From: Eledone cirrhosa
Lineage: Eukaryota
Reading direction: 5' to 3'
Length of the DNA: 64,000 bases
Assembly: GCA_964016885.1 (NCBI GenBank)
Contig: OZ024740.1
Coordinates: 98,642,001-98,706,000, forward strand
In this document: one piece after another, positions 39,506 through 51,589 of the stretch
Layout of the letters: the number at the start of each line of letters is the position of its first letter
Position numbering within the stretch: position 1 is the stretch's first letter
Translations under genes and position numbers: made by a program
The notes under the pieces: model-generated
What the model was told of the DNA's origin: nothing
The model's input: the letters and a program-made list of their open reading frames with translations, nothing else
Database searches by the model: none

Positions 39506-40476
39506 TTGAATATATAGCTATTGATGGTATACAAGCTCCTACATAAATTGGTATAATTTCACCCAAATTGTAGGAATTCTATAATGAAACGAGACGTCCG
39601 TCTGGGAAGAGATATATTCGATATGTCTCATATGAAATCATACAGCCAATTTTCCACGCAATACATTTAGTTAGCACCCCGAACGCTTAATTAGGAATAT
39701 AATCACTTATTTCCTAATGTTTGTGAGTTGGAATTTGGCCGGAGTATCGCTAAAAAGCTTTCTCCGATATTGTATTTATTTATTTACTCTTGGTGCAACA
39801 GATTTGAAATTCCTGGTATAAGGTTAGCCTTTCTTTGTTTATTTTTTTATATATGAATATTGATTGTTCCTTATATCTCATTCTGTTATTTTGACCGAGA
39901 AAATATCTGTGTGTCATCAAACGTTGTACACACATAGATATTTTCTCAATTTCCAATTGAGTTCTAGCACGTGGCCTGAATTCCTTTTAGAGTTCATTGT
40001 CATGCGCATGTATTGTTTTTTTTTGGCGGTAATTTACTTCCTCATTTTTGAATCAGTTTGAGCATTTCTTTAGAACTGCTGGACTAGCAACCTGACAGAT
40101 ACTTCAGGCACTGATGATGATTATCGCTAAATGCTGATGTTGATTAGATTATCAATATTAGTATTATTGGGGCACCCACTGATGAATTATAGGAGCCTAC
40201 TTGAATATATATCTATTGATAGTATACAAGCTCCTACATAAATTGGTATAATTTCACCCAAATTGTAGGAATGCTATAATGAAACGAGACGTCCGTCTGG
40301 GAAGAGATATATTCGATATGTCTCATATGAAATAATACAGCCAATTTTCCACGCAATACTTTTAGTTAGCACCCCGAACGCTTAATTAGGAATATAATCA
40401 CTTATTTCCTAATGTTTCTTGAGTGAGTTAGAATTTGACCGGAGTATCGCTAAAAAGCTTTCTCCGATATTGTATT

Positions 40477-40478
<2 letters not shown>
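39504..40478. repeat. Partial tandem direct repeat (~275 bp twice, ~695 bp apart), PLE pLTR-like
   Basis: 39504-39778 is nearly identical to 40199-40478. The second copy overlaps a complete hammerhead. Confidence 0.85.
40175..40301 (+). ncRNA. Type I hammerhead ribozyme with large stem II insertion
   Basis: CCCA-CTGATGA-ATTATAG-(81 nt)-CTATAAT-GAAA-CG-AGACGTC-CG-TC-TGGG. All three stems pair and the core is canonical with a GUC triplet. Confidence 0.8.
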
Positions 40479-40515
<37 letters not shown>

Positions 40516-40561
40516 GAGAGAGAGAGAGAGAGAGAAAGAGAAAGAGAGAGAGAGAGAGAGA
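40478..40561. repeat. (TA)n then (GA)n microsatellite
   Basis: Direct reading. Confidence 0.9.
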
Positions 40562-41279
40562 ATTCAAAGTTTTGAAAGCCACGACAATGCGAAATGGATT
40601 GATATAGGAGTCGGATGAAACAAAATGTTATAAGTTTTAACTTAATTTATTTATATGTCCTGATATTTCGAGATTAAAATCTCTTCTTGGAACGCACTAT
40701 ACCATGCGGGCAGAATGGTTTTATAAAAGTTATTTTCCTTTAAATCTTCATAAATGCATACATGCAAATTCACGGTGACAAATGTGTATATGCATATATG
40801 TGTGAATGTAAGCACGCAGAGAAATATGCATACAACCATGAATATAATCGTGTAAACACATACATGCACATACACAATTTCTCACGGATAAATAATCTGG
40901 TGGATGTCTTCTCGCACAAGCAAATAAGCCCACACACATATATGCAGAAATGTATGCAAACTCATGGATTTATAGACTTAGGTATATAATTACGCATCCA
41001 CATGGTCGCATGCAGGCACATATATGTAGAGTCCAGTAGCCTTCTAGGTTAGGTGTTGTATGCCTAGTTCTATGTTAGGTGTTGTGTGCTTAATTCTAGT
41101 CTATTATTGATTTGTTGGTGTGTTCTGATTATTATTAACTCTTCATTTATTCTTAGGTTACCTACGTTTCTTTCTCTGTTTTCTACCTTAACACTTATGA
41201 TTTGTTTGCAATTTTGCATTTCTCTAAGTGTTTTTTGAATGAAAAAGCGTTAGTATTAATGTGTTCCTTAATTCTAGTC

Positions 41280-42142
41280 TGGTGGTGCTTCCTATACAGA
41301 AGACATTACCTCTTTCACACTGGACTCAGTACATGATATATGCGTGATGGCATATATCTGTGTTATTGATGGGGCAGTTATCCAGCGTGCAGTGTCTGTT
41401 GTGGTCTCTAGGTTGTTTCCTAGATAGTTGTCTGCATAGTGAAGGGCCGGAGTGAGCCAGTTGTAGGTCTAGACCCTTCTTTTCGGATGGCTTTGCAGAT
41501 AACTGTTGTCGTGTCATCACTGAAATGCGGTAGCTTCAGGAAGCAGGTGTTGGTAGAGTTCATGCTTCAACTGTTGTGTTTCTTGTTTCTAACGCAGTTC
41601 ATGGTGGATGTCAGGTAACCCTTTAGCTTCAGCGCTTCCAAGAAATGTGTGATGTGCATTTCTCGGTCCCCTGTAGCACTGCATTTAGTCTAGATACATG
41701 TCAGTTTGTTCCATATACATCCTGACTTGGCACAAAGAGGGAGGGATGATTTATAATGGACAAAGTGGTTCCTGGTGGTGGCTTTTCTGTAGAAGCTGGT
41801 GTGGCTGCCGCCTTTTTCCGTTACCCCGAGTTGGAAATTGAGGAGGGAAAGAGATCCAGTGACATGCTGAAACTTATGTTAACACCCATGCTGGAGAACG
41901 TTTTGTATATATTGTCTGCATCTTCATGGGATGATATAAGGATGAGGATGTCATCTACATATCAGGTGAAGAAGGCAAAGGAGTGGCAGGTGTTGAGGGC
42001 CCAATGTTCTAGCTGGTTCATATAAGTAATGGCCAGCAGGCCAGATAGTTTGGATCCCATGTGTAGTCTTGTTGTTTGTCTGTATGTGTTGTGATGGAAG
42101 TTGAAGTAGGTATTATCCACTGAGATGGTTAGAAGTTGGATG
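41280..42142 (-). mobile_element. Degenerate Penelope-like RT relic
   Basis: Minus strand reads DNTYFNFHHNTYRQ...MGSKLSGLLAITYMNQLE...YVDDILI, matching the PLE MGS and YVDD motifs. A short second piece lies at 42455-42520. Confidence 0.7.
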
Positions 42143-42170
42143 TATATATATAGTCACACATATGTGTGTG

Positions 42171-42221
<51 letters not shown>

Positions 42222-43029
42222 GAAATATTTAAAACCTGACAGTATACCATTTGTTTGATAACATTTAATTTAGACTGAATATGACATAGCTTCATCCTCG
42301 AGGACGCACCCTAATTTTGACAACCAAAAATTTGAAAAAACATAATAAACAACCTTTGGCCTCTTCGACAACAGGAACTACGGTAAGTTAATGACTTCAA
42401 TAACTGTCTTAAATACACCTAGTTCCATCTACTGTGGATATGAATTACACGTTGTGTATATCTTGTCTGCTTCTTCATGGGATGGTGTAAGGATGAGGAT
42501 GTCATCTACATATCAGGTGCATTAAAAACATTTTGATTCTATACATTGTTTTTCAAATCAGAATTAAATATGGCAACATAAAACTATCAAATACAAATGT
42601 AAGCCTCCAGCAGTTCAAAATATTTTAAAGGAATAACTATTTGATGTCATCATCAGCAGCAGCATCGTTCTCCTCCTCTTCATCATCATTGTTATATGTT
42701 CATTTACCTTGGATTGGAGGATTATGTCTCACTCTTATATTTCATTTTGTATATGGTTTTTACAGCTGAATGCCCTGCTTAACACCACCCATTTGACAGT
42801 GTATAAAGAGTATGTTTTATTGGGGTACCAACTCTAAAGAGGTTGTCATATCTCTTCCTCCTAGCTGAAGAGTTCCTCTCAATCCTATTTTGTTCTGAGG
42901 GAATTTGATCATGACACCAACACTAGTAGATGTGTCTTGAATCTTCTGAGACAAACATGCTGCTCAGTATGCAACATTGTCCCAGTTGGTGACATATTTC
43001 TTGAAACATGATAATAATTTTAATAATAA

Positions 43030-43425
43030 TAATAGGTGAGATGAAAAAGGAGATTGATACCAAAGATGGATATAGATATTTGGGTGTTCTGGAAGCAGGT
43101 AACATCAAGGACCATAAAATTAAAGAAATGATAAGATCAAAATACATAAGGTGAGTAAGAAACATACTAATATCACATCTGAATAGTAGAAATGCCATAA
43201 GTGCAGCAAATTCCTGAGCTGTGTCCGCTATTTGGTACAGTGTAGGAATTCTTAAATGGAATATAAACAAGCAAAAAGAACTGGATAAAAAGACACGGAA
43301 ATGAATGACTACCCACCATATGGTTCATAAGAAGCGTGGGATGTTGATAGACTGTACTTAAAGAGATCTGAAGACGGAAGAAATCTTATCAGCATGGAGA
43401 ACTGTGTTCTGTTGGAGAAGAGCTG
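43030..43425 (+). mobile_element. Fragment of Dong/R4 family A RT thumb region
   Basis: Similar to 47700-48085 (GYRYLGVLEA, SHLNSRNAISA). It follows an (AAT)n tract. An inverted small piece lies at 43745-43815. Confidence 0.75.
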
Positions 43426-43508
43426 TTTGGTGTGGATTACTGGTTGATAAAATAAAGCACCAGTAATGCACTGGGCTAATTACTGGCCTTGTGTCAAAAG
43501 TAACAGCG

Positions 43509-43691
43509 ATTGGCAGTATCGGTAGAGGGTCGGACGCATGCTCTGCAGCACAGTTACATCCCTTTACGGGCTGAATTCAAATTCCGCCGAGGTTAACTTT
43601 GCCTTTCATCCTTACGGGGTCGATAAAATAAAGTACCAGTAATACACTGGGATAATTGCTGGCTTTGTGCCAAAAGTAGAAACAATTATTA
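43509..43691 (+). mobile_element. tRNA-derived SINE (16949 family), preceded by a 3' fragment at 43444-43505
   Basis: Same head, core and tail as the other copies. Confidence 0.85.
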
Positions 43692-44081
43692 CTAGTATCA
43701 TTATAAATTTGATATCTCGGTCAATGATGTTATTTAACCAGAAAACAGCTCTTTTCCAACCTTCAGATCTCTTTAAATCCTGTCTATCAACATCAATTTT
43801 CTTATGAAACATATTGTGGGTAGTAATTCATAATAATAATAAAGGCACACAGACAAATACATAGCCAAAACCCCAGGACTTACAAATATACAGCATACAA
43901 AAGATAGCACAATTAAGCACTTCACACATATGAAAGGTACTATCAATACAATAGAAACAAGATCAGCAAATCTACATTGCACATACCCAAGGTGCACAGA
44001 GCTGTGCTCGGTAAAGCAGTAATGATGTGCAATAAAAATAATAATGGAAATAATAATAATAATAATGATTATAATAATAAT

Positions 44082-45210
44082 AGGGAAGAAGACGCACATG
44101 GTGGATAGAAGGTCGTGAAATCGCTCCCGTAAGTTTTGATTTTTAACATATTTAATTCAATTGTGAAATAACAATTCTTAGTACAAATGATACATAAAAC
44201 ATCCGGCTTGAGTCCCCAAAAAAATTCGGATCCATAATATATTGTTATATCGCTCAAATATTCAATTTTGTATTATACATTTTATATTCAAAAAAGAAAA
44301 TGGTTATAAATGGAAGAAAACCCCCTCTGTCTACACTATATAGAACAGCCAAATAACAGCAATTTCACAAACACCAGAAACTAGATACATCACCTACCCC
44401 ATCACCCCTCTGTGTACACCAAACACATCAGCCAGATAACGGCAATTTCACGACCACCACCACCAATCTCAGCATAATAATAGTAATTACTATTATTATT
44501 GTCTCAAGTTTTAACAAAACGTTTAATTCCAATATTAAGAAAATATGTCAACACATATACGCGACTAACCCCATAGATTCACCGATCAAACAAAAATACA
44601 GTTCATTCAACAAAACTCAGTAACGACAACGCCATCACTACAGTCACCGCCACCGCCGCCCATCCATCATTACTACCACTATCCCATCACCGCCGCCACC
44701 ACTCCTTCATTGCTACCACCGCTATCCCCACATTACCTTCTGTTAACTTATGAAAGAGGAAGATGGCGGTATCATTAGACAATATTAATAAACAAAATTA
44801 ATATTTAGTTTTGGATCAGGAATGTTAGAGTCGAAAAGGAGGAAAATGACAAAATGACTAAATAACTAAATATAATTTCACCACCAACACCACCACCACT
44901 ACCACGATGAAAACTCTGGTTAAGTCGACTCAACCGCTATTTCTACTCCAACTTCAACACCATCACTACAGTAATACGATCACATCACCACCACCACTGC
45001 CTAATAATAATTCATCGCTACCGCCGCTATTCTCTCCCACTACCTCCTGCTAGTTGCTGCTAACACAGCACCGCCACCACCACCACTGCCTCATTATCAC
45101 TACCGCCGCTATTCTCTCCCGCTACCCCCTGCTACATCGTCGAACCCCCACTAAAAGAGGAAGGCATCAAAATATATAAATAGACTGAATTGATGACCCG
45201 GTCAAAATCA
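44082..45210 (+). mobile_element. Unclassified ACC-rich interspersed repeat, copy 1
   Basis: Homologous to 50650-51385. Starts right after an (AAT)n tract. Orientation is inferred. Confidence 0.6.
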
Positions 45211-45524
45211 AAAAAAAAAAAATCAAAATCAAAGCAGCACAGCAACAAAGAAAAACGTAAAGAAAATAAGAATGAAGAGAAAAACAAACAGACGGACAGA
45301 AAGGGAAAAAATAGGTCAGACATTCAAACACTACATTACAATGAAACATATGCTTATTTATTTTTGGTTTTTTTTTGCCTGTTTGTTTGTTTGTTTATTT
45401 ATGTTCGTCTACAGCGTGATAATTCCACACAAAAATCACGTGGAGTGACGGAACCACCGGAGACGATGAATTCACAGGTGGTTATGTAACCATACATTCG
45501 CCAATCCTCGATAAGAGTGTTTAA

Positions 45525-48500
45525 ATGTCGAACCTAAACAGTTCGAATAACGGTGAAATGGAGACTAGAATGTCATGTGACAGACTCTCACCCAACAGGG
45601 GCTCCCTGGCTCAGCAGCAGGGACCTGGCTGTCAACCAAATACTGCTGGTGTCGGAGGAAGAAGAAGAAGGAAAGGGACCAGAACCAACTGGACGAAAGA
45701 ATTGAATAGAACTGTTATACAATGTTACCTGAAGAGTAACCCCAAGGAGAAAGGCTATAGGAAACGGATGCATAACATCTGGAACGAGATGGGTCTATTT
45801 AAATTAGATGAACAAAAATTGGCCGGGCAGGCTCGGGTAATAAGAACTAATGGGTGGATAAGCGAGCTGGAACTGGAGGAACTGAGCAGAGAGATTAGCT
45901 TGGAGGTGGAGAGTGGAGTATGCCAGGCAAACGAGGCAGTGGGAAATGAAGGTGAAGAGGTCGAGAGAACAGAGGAACCACCCGAAGCAGACAATGATCT
46001 GAATGCTGAGATAAATAATACCTGGAACAGAGATACGGCCACTGAGGAGATAAATGCTGATGGGCTAGGACAAGATTTGGTTGATATCCTAAACTTAGTG
46101 CTAGCTGAATTGAACAATGATAGTGGGAGACCTATGAACCTAAGATTTGTAGACAGGAAAAAGTTAAAAGAGACAACAGCTAAGGTAAACAAAGTCATCC
46201 CTTACCTTGAGGCGAGGAGCCTTCACCAGTGCAACAATATCCTCAAAGCAACAGCAAATACAGTGAGGAAACTACTGGGTATAAAAGCGAGAGGAAACAA
46301 CAGACAAGAAAGAGCAGAGCCTTGGTGGAAGAAACGACTGAGTGGTCAAATCAAGGAAATGAGAAATGACACTGGAAAGCTTGAGTCCCTACTGAATGGG
46401 ACACTAAAAAACATAGACACTAAAAATAGATGTAAATAAAGTACAAAACTAGGAGGAAAAAGCTAAATATTATCATAGAGGAACTGAAGCAACGCATTGT
46501 AGCAAAGAGTGCAAAAATCAGGCGATACGAGAACAGAGTTAGCCAGTATAGACAGAACCGCATGTTCTTACAACAACCAGGAGATGCTGTTTGGACAGCT
46601 TGAAGGGAAAGAAAGAGGCAACGACTTGATCCCTGAGGCGGAACGAACTAAAACATTCTGGAGAGGAATATGGGAGCAGGATGTTAAACATAATGACCAG
46701 GCAGTGTGGATTGAGACAGTACAGAAGGAGATTATTGAACAGGCACACCAACAAACTGATTTGAGTATCACAGTTGAAACTCTTAAGGGGCAGGCCAAAG
46801 AACTAACCAACTGGAAATCACCAGGCCCAGATGGTGTGCAGGGGTATTGGATTAAAAATATAACATCCCTCCACCCGAAACTGACAACCATGTTCAATGA
46901 CTGCTTGATGTCAGGTGAGGTACCAGAGTGGTTGACAAAAGGTACCACAGTTCTGATAATGAAAGACCGAATCAAGGGTAATGATGTTACCAACTATAGA
47001 CCTATCACATGTCTATCCGTAATGTGGAAACTGTTCACAAGCATTATTTCTGAGGAAATCTACCATCATCTCCACACAAACAACTTGTTACTGGACGAAC
47101 AGAAAGGATGCCGAAAGAAGTCACGTGGTACAAAGGACCAGTTACTTATTGATAAGATGGTAATGAGGAATTGCAAGAGGAGACACATTGGTCTTGCCAT
47201 GGGATGGATAGACTACAAAAGGCATTTGACATGGTGCCTCATTCTTGGATCACCAAAAGCCTGGAGATCTTCAAGGTGGCAGATGACATCAGACAGTTGT
47301 TGAGCAAAAGTATAAAGTCCTGGGAAACAGAGTTAACATCAACTGGAGAATCCTTGGGAAGCGTGAAGATCAAGAGAGGTATCTTCCAGGGAGATAGTCT
47401 GTCCCCTCTGTCGTTTTTTCCTCTGTTATTTGTCCTTGCCCTGATGCCCCTGACCAGTGTACTGCGAAAAGTGAGAGCAGGATACAGGTTGGGAAAGGGA
47501 GGGCTTACCATCAATCACCTCCTCTCCATGGACGATCTTAAGCTCTTCGGGAAGAGTGAGAAGGAGTTGGATGTGCTTGTTGACACTGTCCGTATTTTCA
47601 CCAATGATATATGTATGCAATTTGGTATTAGTAAGTGTGGAGTCATTGTGATGAAGAGTGGTAAGTTGAGCAGAAGTAACGGAATCCAGGTACCAACGGG
47701 TGAGATGATAAAGGAAATTGGCTCTGAAGAAGGATACAAGTATTTGGGCGTTCTGGAGGCTGATGTCATCAGAAACAAAAAAATTAAGGAATTTATAAGA
47801 ACTGAATACATTCGGAGAGTAAGGAGCGTATTAAAATCACATCTGAACAGTAGGAATGCCATAAGTGCAGTAAATTCCAGAGCTGTGTCTATTATTAGGT
47901 ACAGTGCGGGAATTCTGGGATGGAATGTTGCTGAACAGAATGAAATGGATAGGAAGACTAGGAAGCTATTGAATATCTACAACATGTTCCACAAGAGGAG
48001 TGATGTCGATAGACTCTACTTAAGGAGTTCTGATGGTGGAAGAGGTCTTATCAGCATAGAAGACTGTGTTCAGATGGAGAAAAACAACCTACATAAATAC
48101 GTGACTGAAAGTAAGGAGCCAATGCTGAGAACTGTACTGAAGAAGGGGACAATAGGCCAGGGGATGTCCAAGGAGGAAATAACATCAAGGAGAAAGAGCA
48201 GCCTTCAGGAAAAATCCCTTCATAGTACCTTCTTTGAGAAAACTGAATTTAGATAGCCACAGACATGGAACTGGTTGAAAAGAGGAGACCTTAAAAAGGC
48301 TACAGAAGGAATGTTAATGGCTGCGCAGGAGCAGGCCCTCAAAACGAAGTGGGTGAAACACCATATTTACAAGGATGAGTCTAGCCCACTGTGTAGGATC
48401 TGTGGAGAGAGAGAGGAGACTGTGGCTCACATTATATCCGAGTGTAAACACCTAGCCCAGACTCACTATAAGGGCTGGAGACATGATGTGATGGGCAGGG

Positions 48501-48964
48501 TGATCCACTGGCACCTATGCAAAGTAAACAATTTACCACATTCTGAGAAGTGGTATGAGCATAAGCCAGAGTCGGTGATAGTAAACGATCAGGTGAAGGT
48601 GCTGTGGGATTTTAGGATACAGACGGACAAGAAACTGGAACACAATAGACCTGACCTGGTGGTTGTGGGCAAAGAAAAAAGATCGTGCCTGATTGTGGAT
48701 GTGGCCTGCCCATTCGACACGAGAGTGCAAGAGAAGGAGAGGGAGAAAATTAACCGATACCAGGACTTAATCTGGGAGGTAAAAAGGATTTGGAACTGCC
48801 ATGAAGTCAAAGTGGTCCTTATAGTCATAGGCGCACTAGGTACTATCTCAAAGGGTTTCCAGGGATGGTTAAAGAAAATTGGCCCCACCCCGCTTTTTGG
48901 AACACTTCAAAAGGCATGCTTGCTGGGAACAGCAAGAACCCTCCGATACGTCCTGCATATCTGA
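45525..48964 (+). pseudogene. Dong/R4-clade single-ORF polyprotein, family A (Myb-like N-terminus, RT, CCHC, restriction-like endonuclease), few disablements
   Basis: WTKELN..., PWWKKRL, NWKSPGPDG, NYRPIT, EQKGC, IDY.KAFD, GIFQGDSLSP, MDDLKLF, YKYLG, GGRGL, CRICGEREETVAHIISEC, RHD, RPDLVV...IVDV...K..Y. Short 3' UTR then (AAT)n at 49042. Confidence 0.92.
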
Positions 48965-49052
48965 GGCTGCAGGTAGTGGCTTGATATTCATTTCAACAAA
49001 CTTTCCAGTTAACTAACATCAATGACTGAGACTCAAAGAACAATAATAATAA

Positions 49053-49242
49053 TAATTGTTTCTACTTTTGGCACAAGGCCAGCAATTATCCAGTGCATTA
49101 CTGGTACTTTATTTTATCGACCCCGTAAGGATGAAAGGCAAAGTTAACCTCGGCGGCATTTGAACTCAGATCGTAAAGGGAGGTAATTCTATGCTTCAAA
49201 GCATGGCGTCCGACCCTTACCGATACTGCCATTCCACCGCCC
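49053..49242 (-). mobile_element. tRNA-derived SINE (16949 family)
   Basis: Full reverse-complement copy, flanked by (AAT)n on both sides. Confidence 0.85.
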
Positions 49243-49273
49243 TTAATAATAATAATAATAATAATATTAATAA

Positions 49274-50617
49274 GCCATAAACACGCTTGCCATACCAGTA
49301 GTAACCCACACTTACAATGTCATCAACTGGTCAAGTACAGAGATCCTTAGGCTCGATACAATATTTAGAAAATTTTAAACTATGCACAGAATGCATCACC
49401 CTTAGGCAGATACAGATAGAATATATCTTCCTAGGAAAGAAGGAGGACGTGGGTTAATCCAGTTAAATATTGCGTTGAAAACTATAACAATTGGATTATC
49501 TACATATCTAAGGGAATCACATGTTTGGATGATCAAACTCGTTTTGAAACACAAAAGCATGAAAAGATCATACTCCATTACAAAAGATGCACAAAGATAC
49601 AGTAATGGACTACAAATTTCAGAAGTCCCATCTACTGCTGAAATGGAAAACACAGAAAAAGCAAAGCAGGTAAAAAAACTGCAAAGAAGGAACTGCTACG
49701 GAAACGGGCTAAGAAATGGCAAGCCTCTGTATGGAAAATATCCAGAAAGAGCTAACAATCGTGATGTTGACAAAATTTTAACCCATCAGTGGTTGGCATC
49801 CTCTGGACTGAAATCAGAGACTGAAGGGCTGATTATATCAGCAGAAGATCAGGGTTTGCCAACAAAAAATTACCAAGCCAACATAATAAAAAATGGATGC
49901 AACCCATTATGCCGTGTATGTAAAAAACAACCAGACACCATTGATCATATAATTCAATGTGCAGTCCTATAACTCCAACCGAATACCTAAACAGGCATGA
50001 CAGAGCTGCACAATACATACATTGGATAATGTGTAAGCATTTTGACCTGCTCCATAAAACAAATTGGTGGGAGCATCAACCACCTTCCATACATGAAAAA
50101 GATCACATCTCAATCTTGTGGATCTTTAGCATCCAAACAGGCCGAAAAATAGTTGCAAGTAGACCTGATATAATATTGAAGGAGTTTAAAAAGAGGGTAT
50201 GCTTGCTAATTGATATGTCCGTTCCAATAGACAAGAATGTATCTATAAAAACATTTGAAAATGTGAGCAAGTATCAGGACCTGGAGATAGAAATTGGAAA
50301 AATGTGGAAACTGAGAACTAAAACAATACCAGTGGTTGTAGGCGCTCTAGGAATGATAACTAAGGTGTCTAATGATTACTTATCTCAAATCCCAGGAAAC
50401 CTGCGTATAGGAGATATACAAAAGATAGTACTAATGGGAACTGCCCATATACTAAGGAAGATTCTGTCAATATAAGTACATCATAAGTCTAAACACCTAA
50501 AGATGCATGTGTGTGATGTATGTTCCTTCTTGAACATGGCGGACCTTGTTTTCTCTTGGGGTCACTGGTTGTGACTTGGTGATAACTCGTATGAACATAA
50601 AGCAAGATAAATGCAAC

Positions 50618-50649
<32 letters not shown>
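49274..50649 (+). mobile_element. Dong/R4 family B, 5'-truncated copy
   Basis: GGRGL, CRVCKKQPDTIDH, RHD and RPDII...IDMSVP, then a 3' UTR and (AAT)n. Matches 62821 onward. Confidence 0.9.
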
Positions 50650-51385
50650 GGGTAGAGGACGCACCTGATGGATAGTGTGTTATGGAATCGCCCCCGTAAG
50701 TTTTTGAATTTTAACTTATTTCAAACAATTGTGATATAACAATTCGTAGTACAAATGGGACATAAACACCAGGCTTAACTCTCAGGAAATGAAGATCCAT
50801 AATATCCTGTTATATCGCTCAAATATTCAATTTTGTATTATGAATTTTATATTCAAAAAAGAAAATGGTTATAAATGGAAGAAAACCCCCTCTGTCTGCA
50901 CTATATAGAACAGCCAAATAACCGCAATTTCACCAACACTACAAACTACATACACCACCTATCCCATCACCCTCTCTCTACACTAAATACAACAGCCAGA
51001 TAACGGCAATTTCACCACCACCAATGCCAGCACATTAATAATAATTACTATTATTGTACCTCAAGTTTTCTCAAAATGTTTAATTCAAATATTAAGATTA
51101 TATGTCAACACATATATTAAACATACGCGACAAGCCGCATAGATACACAGATCCAACAAACGCATACTACTACAGTCTATTCAACAGAACTCAGTAATGA
51201 CAACACCATCACTATAGTCACTACCGCCAACACACCATCATTGATACCACTATCCCATCACCGCCGCCACCACTCCTTCATTGCTACCACCACTATTCCC
51301 CCGCTACCTTCTGTTAACTTAAGAAAGGGGCAGGTGGCAGTATCACTAGACAAGTGAGAGACTAGTGACCCGGTCAAACATCAAC
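50650..51385 (+). mobile_element. Unclassified ACC-rich interspersed repeat, copy 2
   Basis: Homologous to 44082-44780 and shares TGACCCGGTCAAA with 45193. Confidence 0.6.
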
Positions 51386-51589
51386 GCCTATGGCACTGCT
51401 GGTTCCCCCTTCCCCACCAACAATAGAAAAAGCCGCAGCACCACCACCGACATAGCCAACAACAATAACAGGCAACTTCAACAAAAAGTATATTATATTA
51501 TTAATAATAATTTCATTCTTAAGACACGCAATGCTCACATTAAGGAACCACTCATGATAATAACAATTTAAAAAAGAAAAACAAAGAAA

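Noticed and set aside
40105-40160. Second CTGATGA just upstream of the 40175 hammerhead
   Set aside because: It is part of a (TGA)n run with no matching GAAA or stems.
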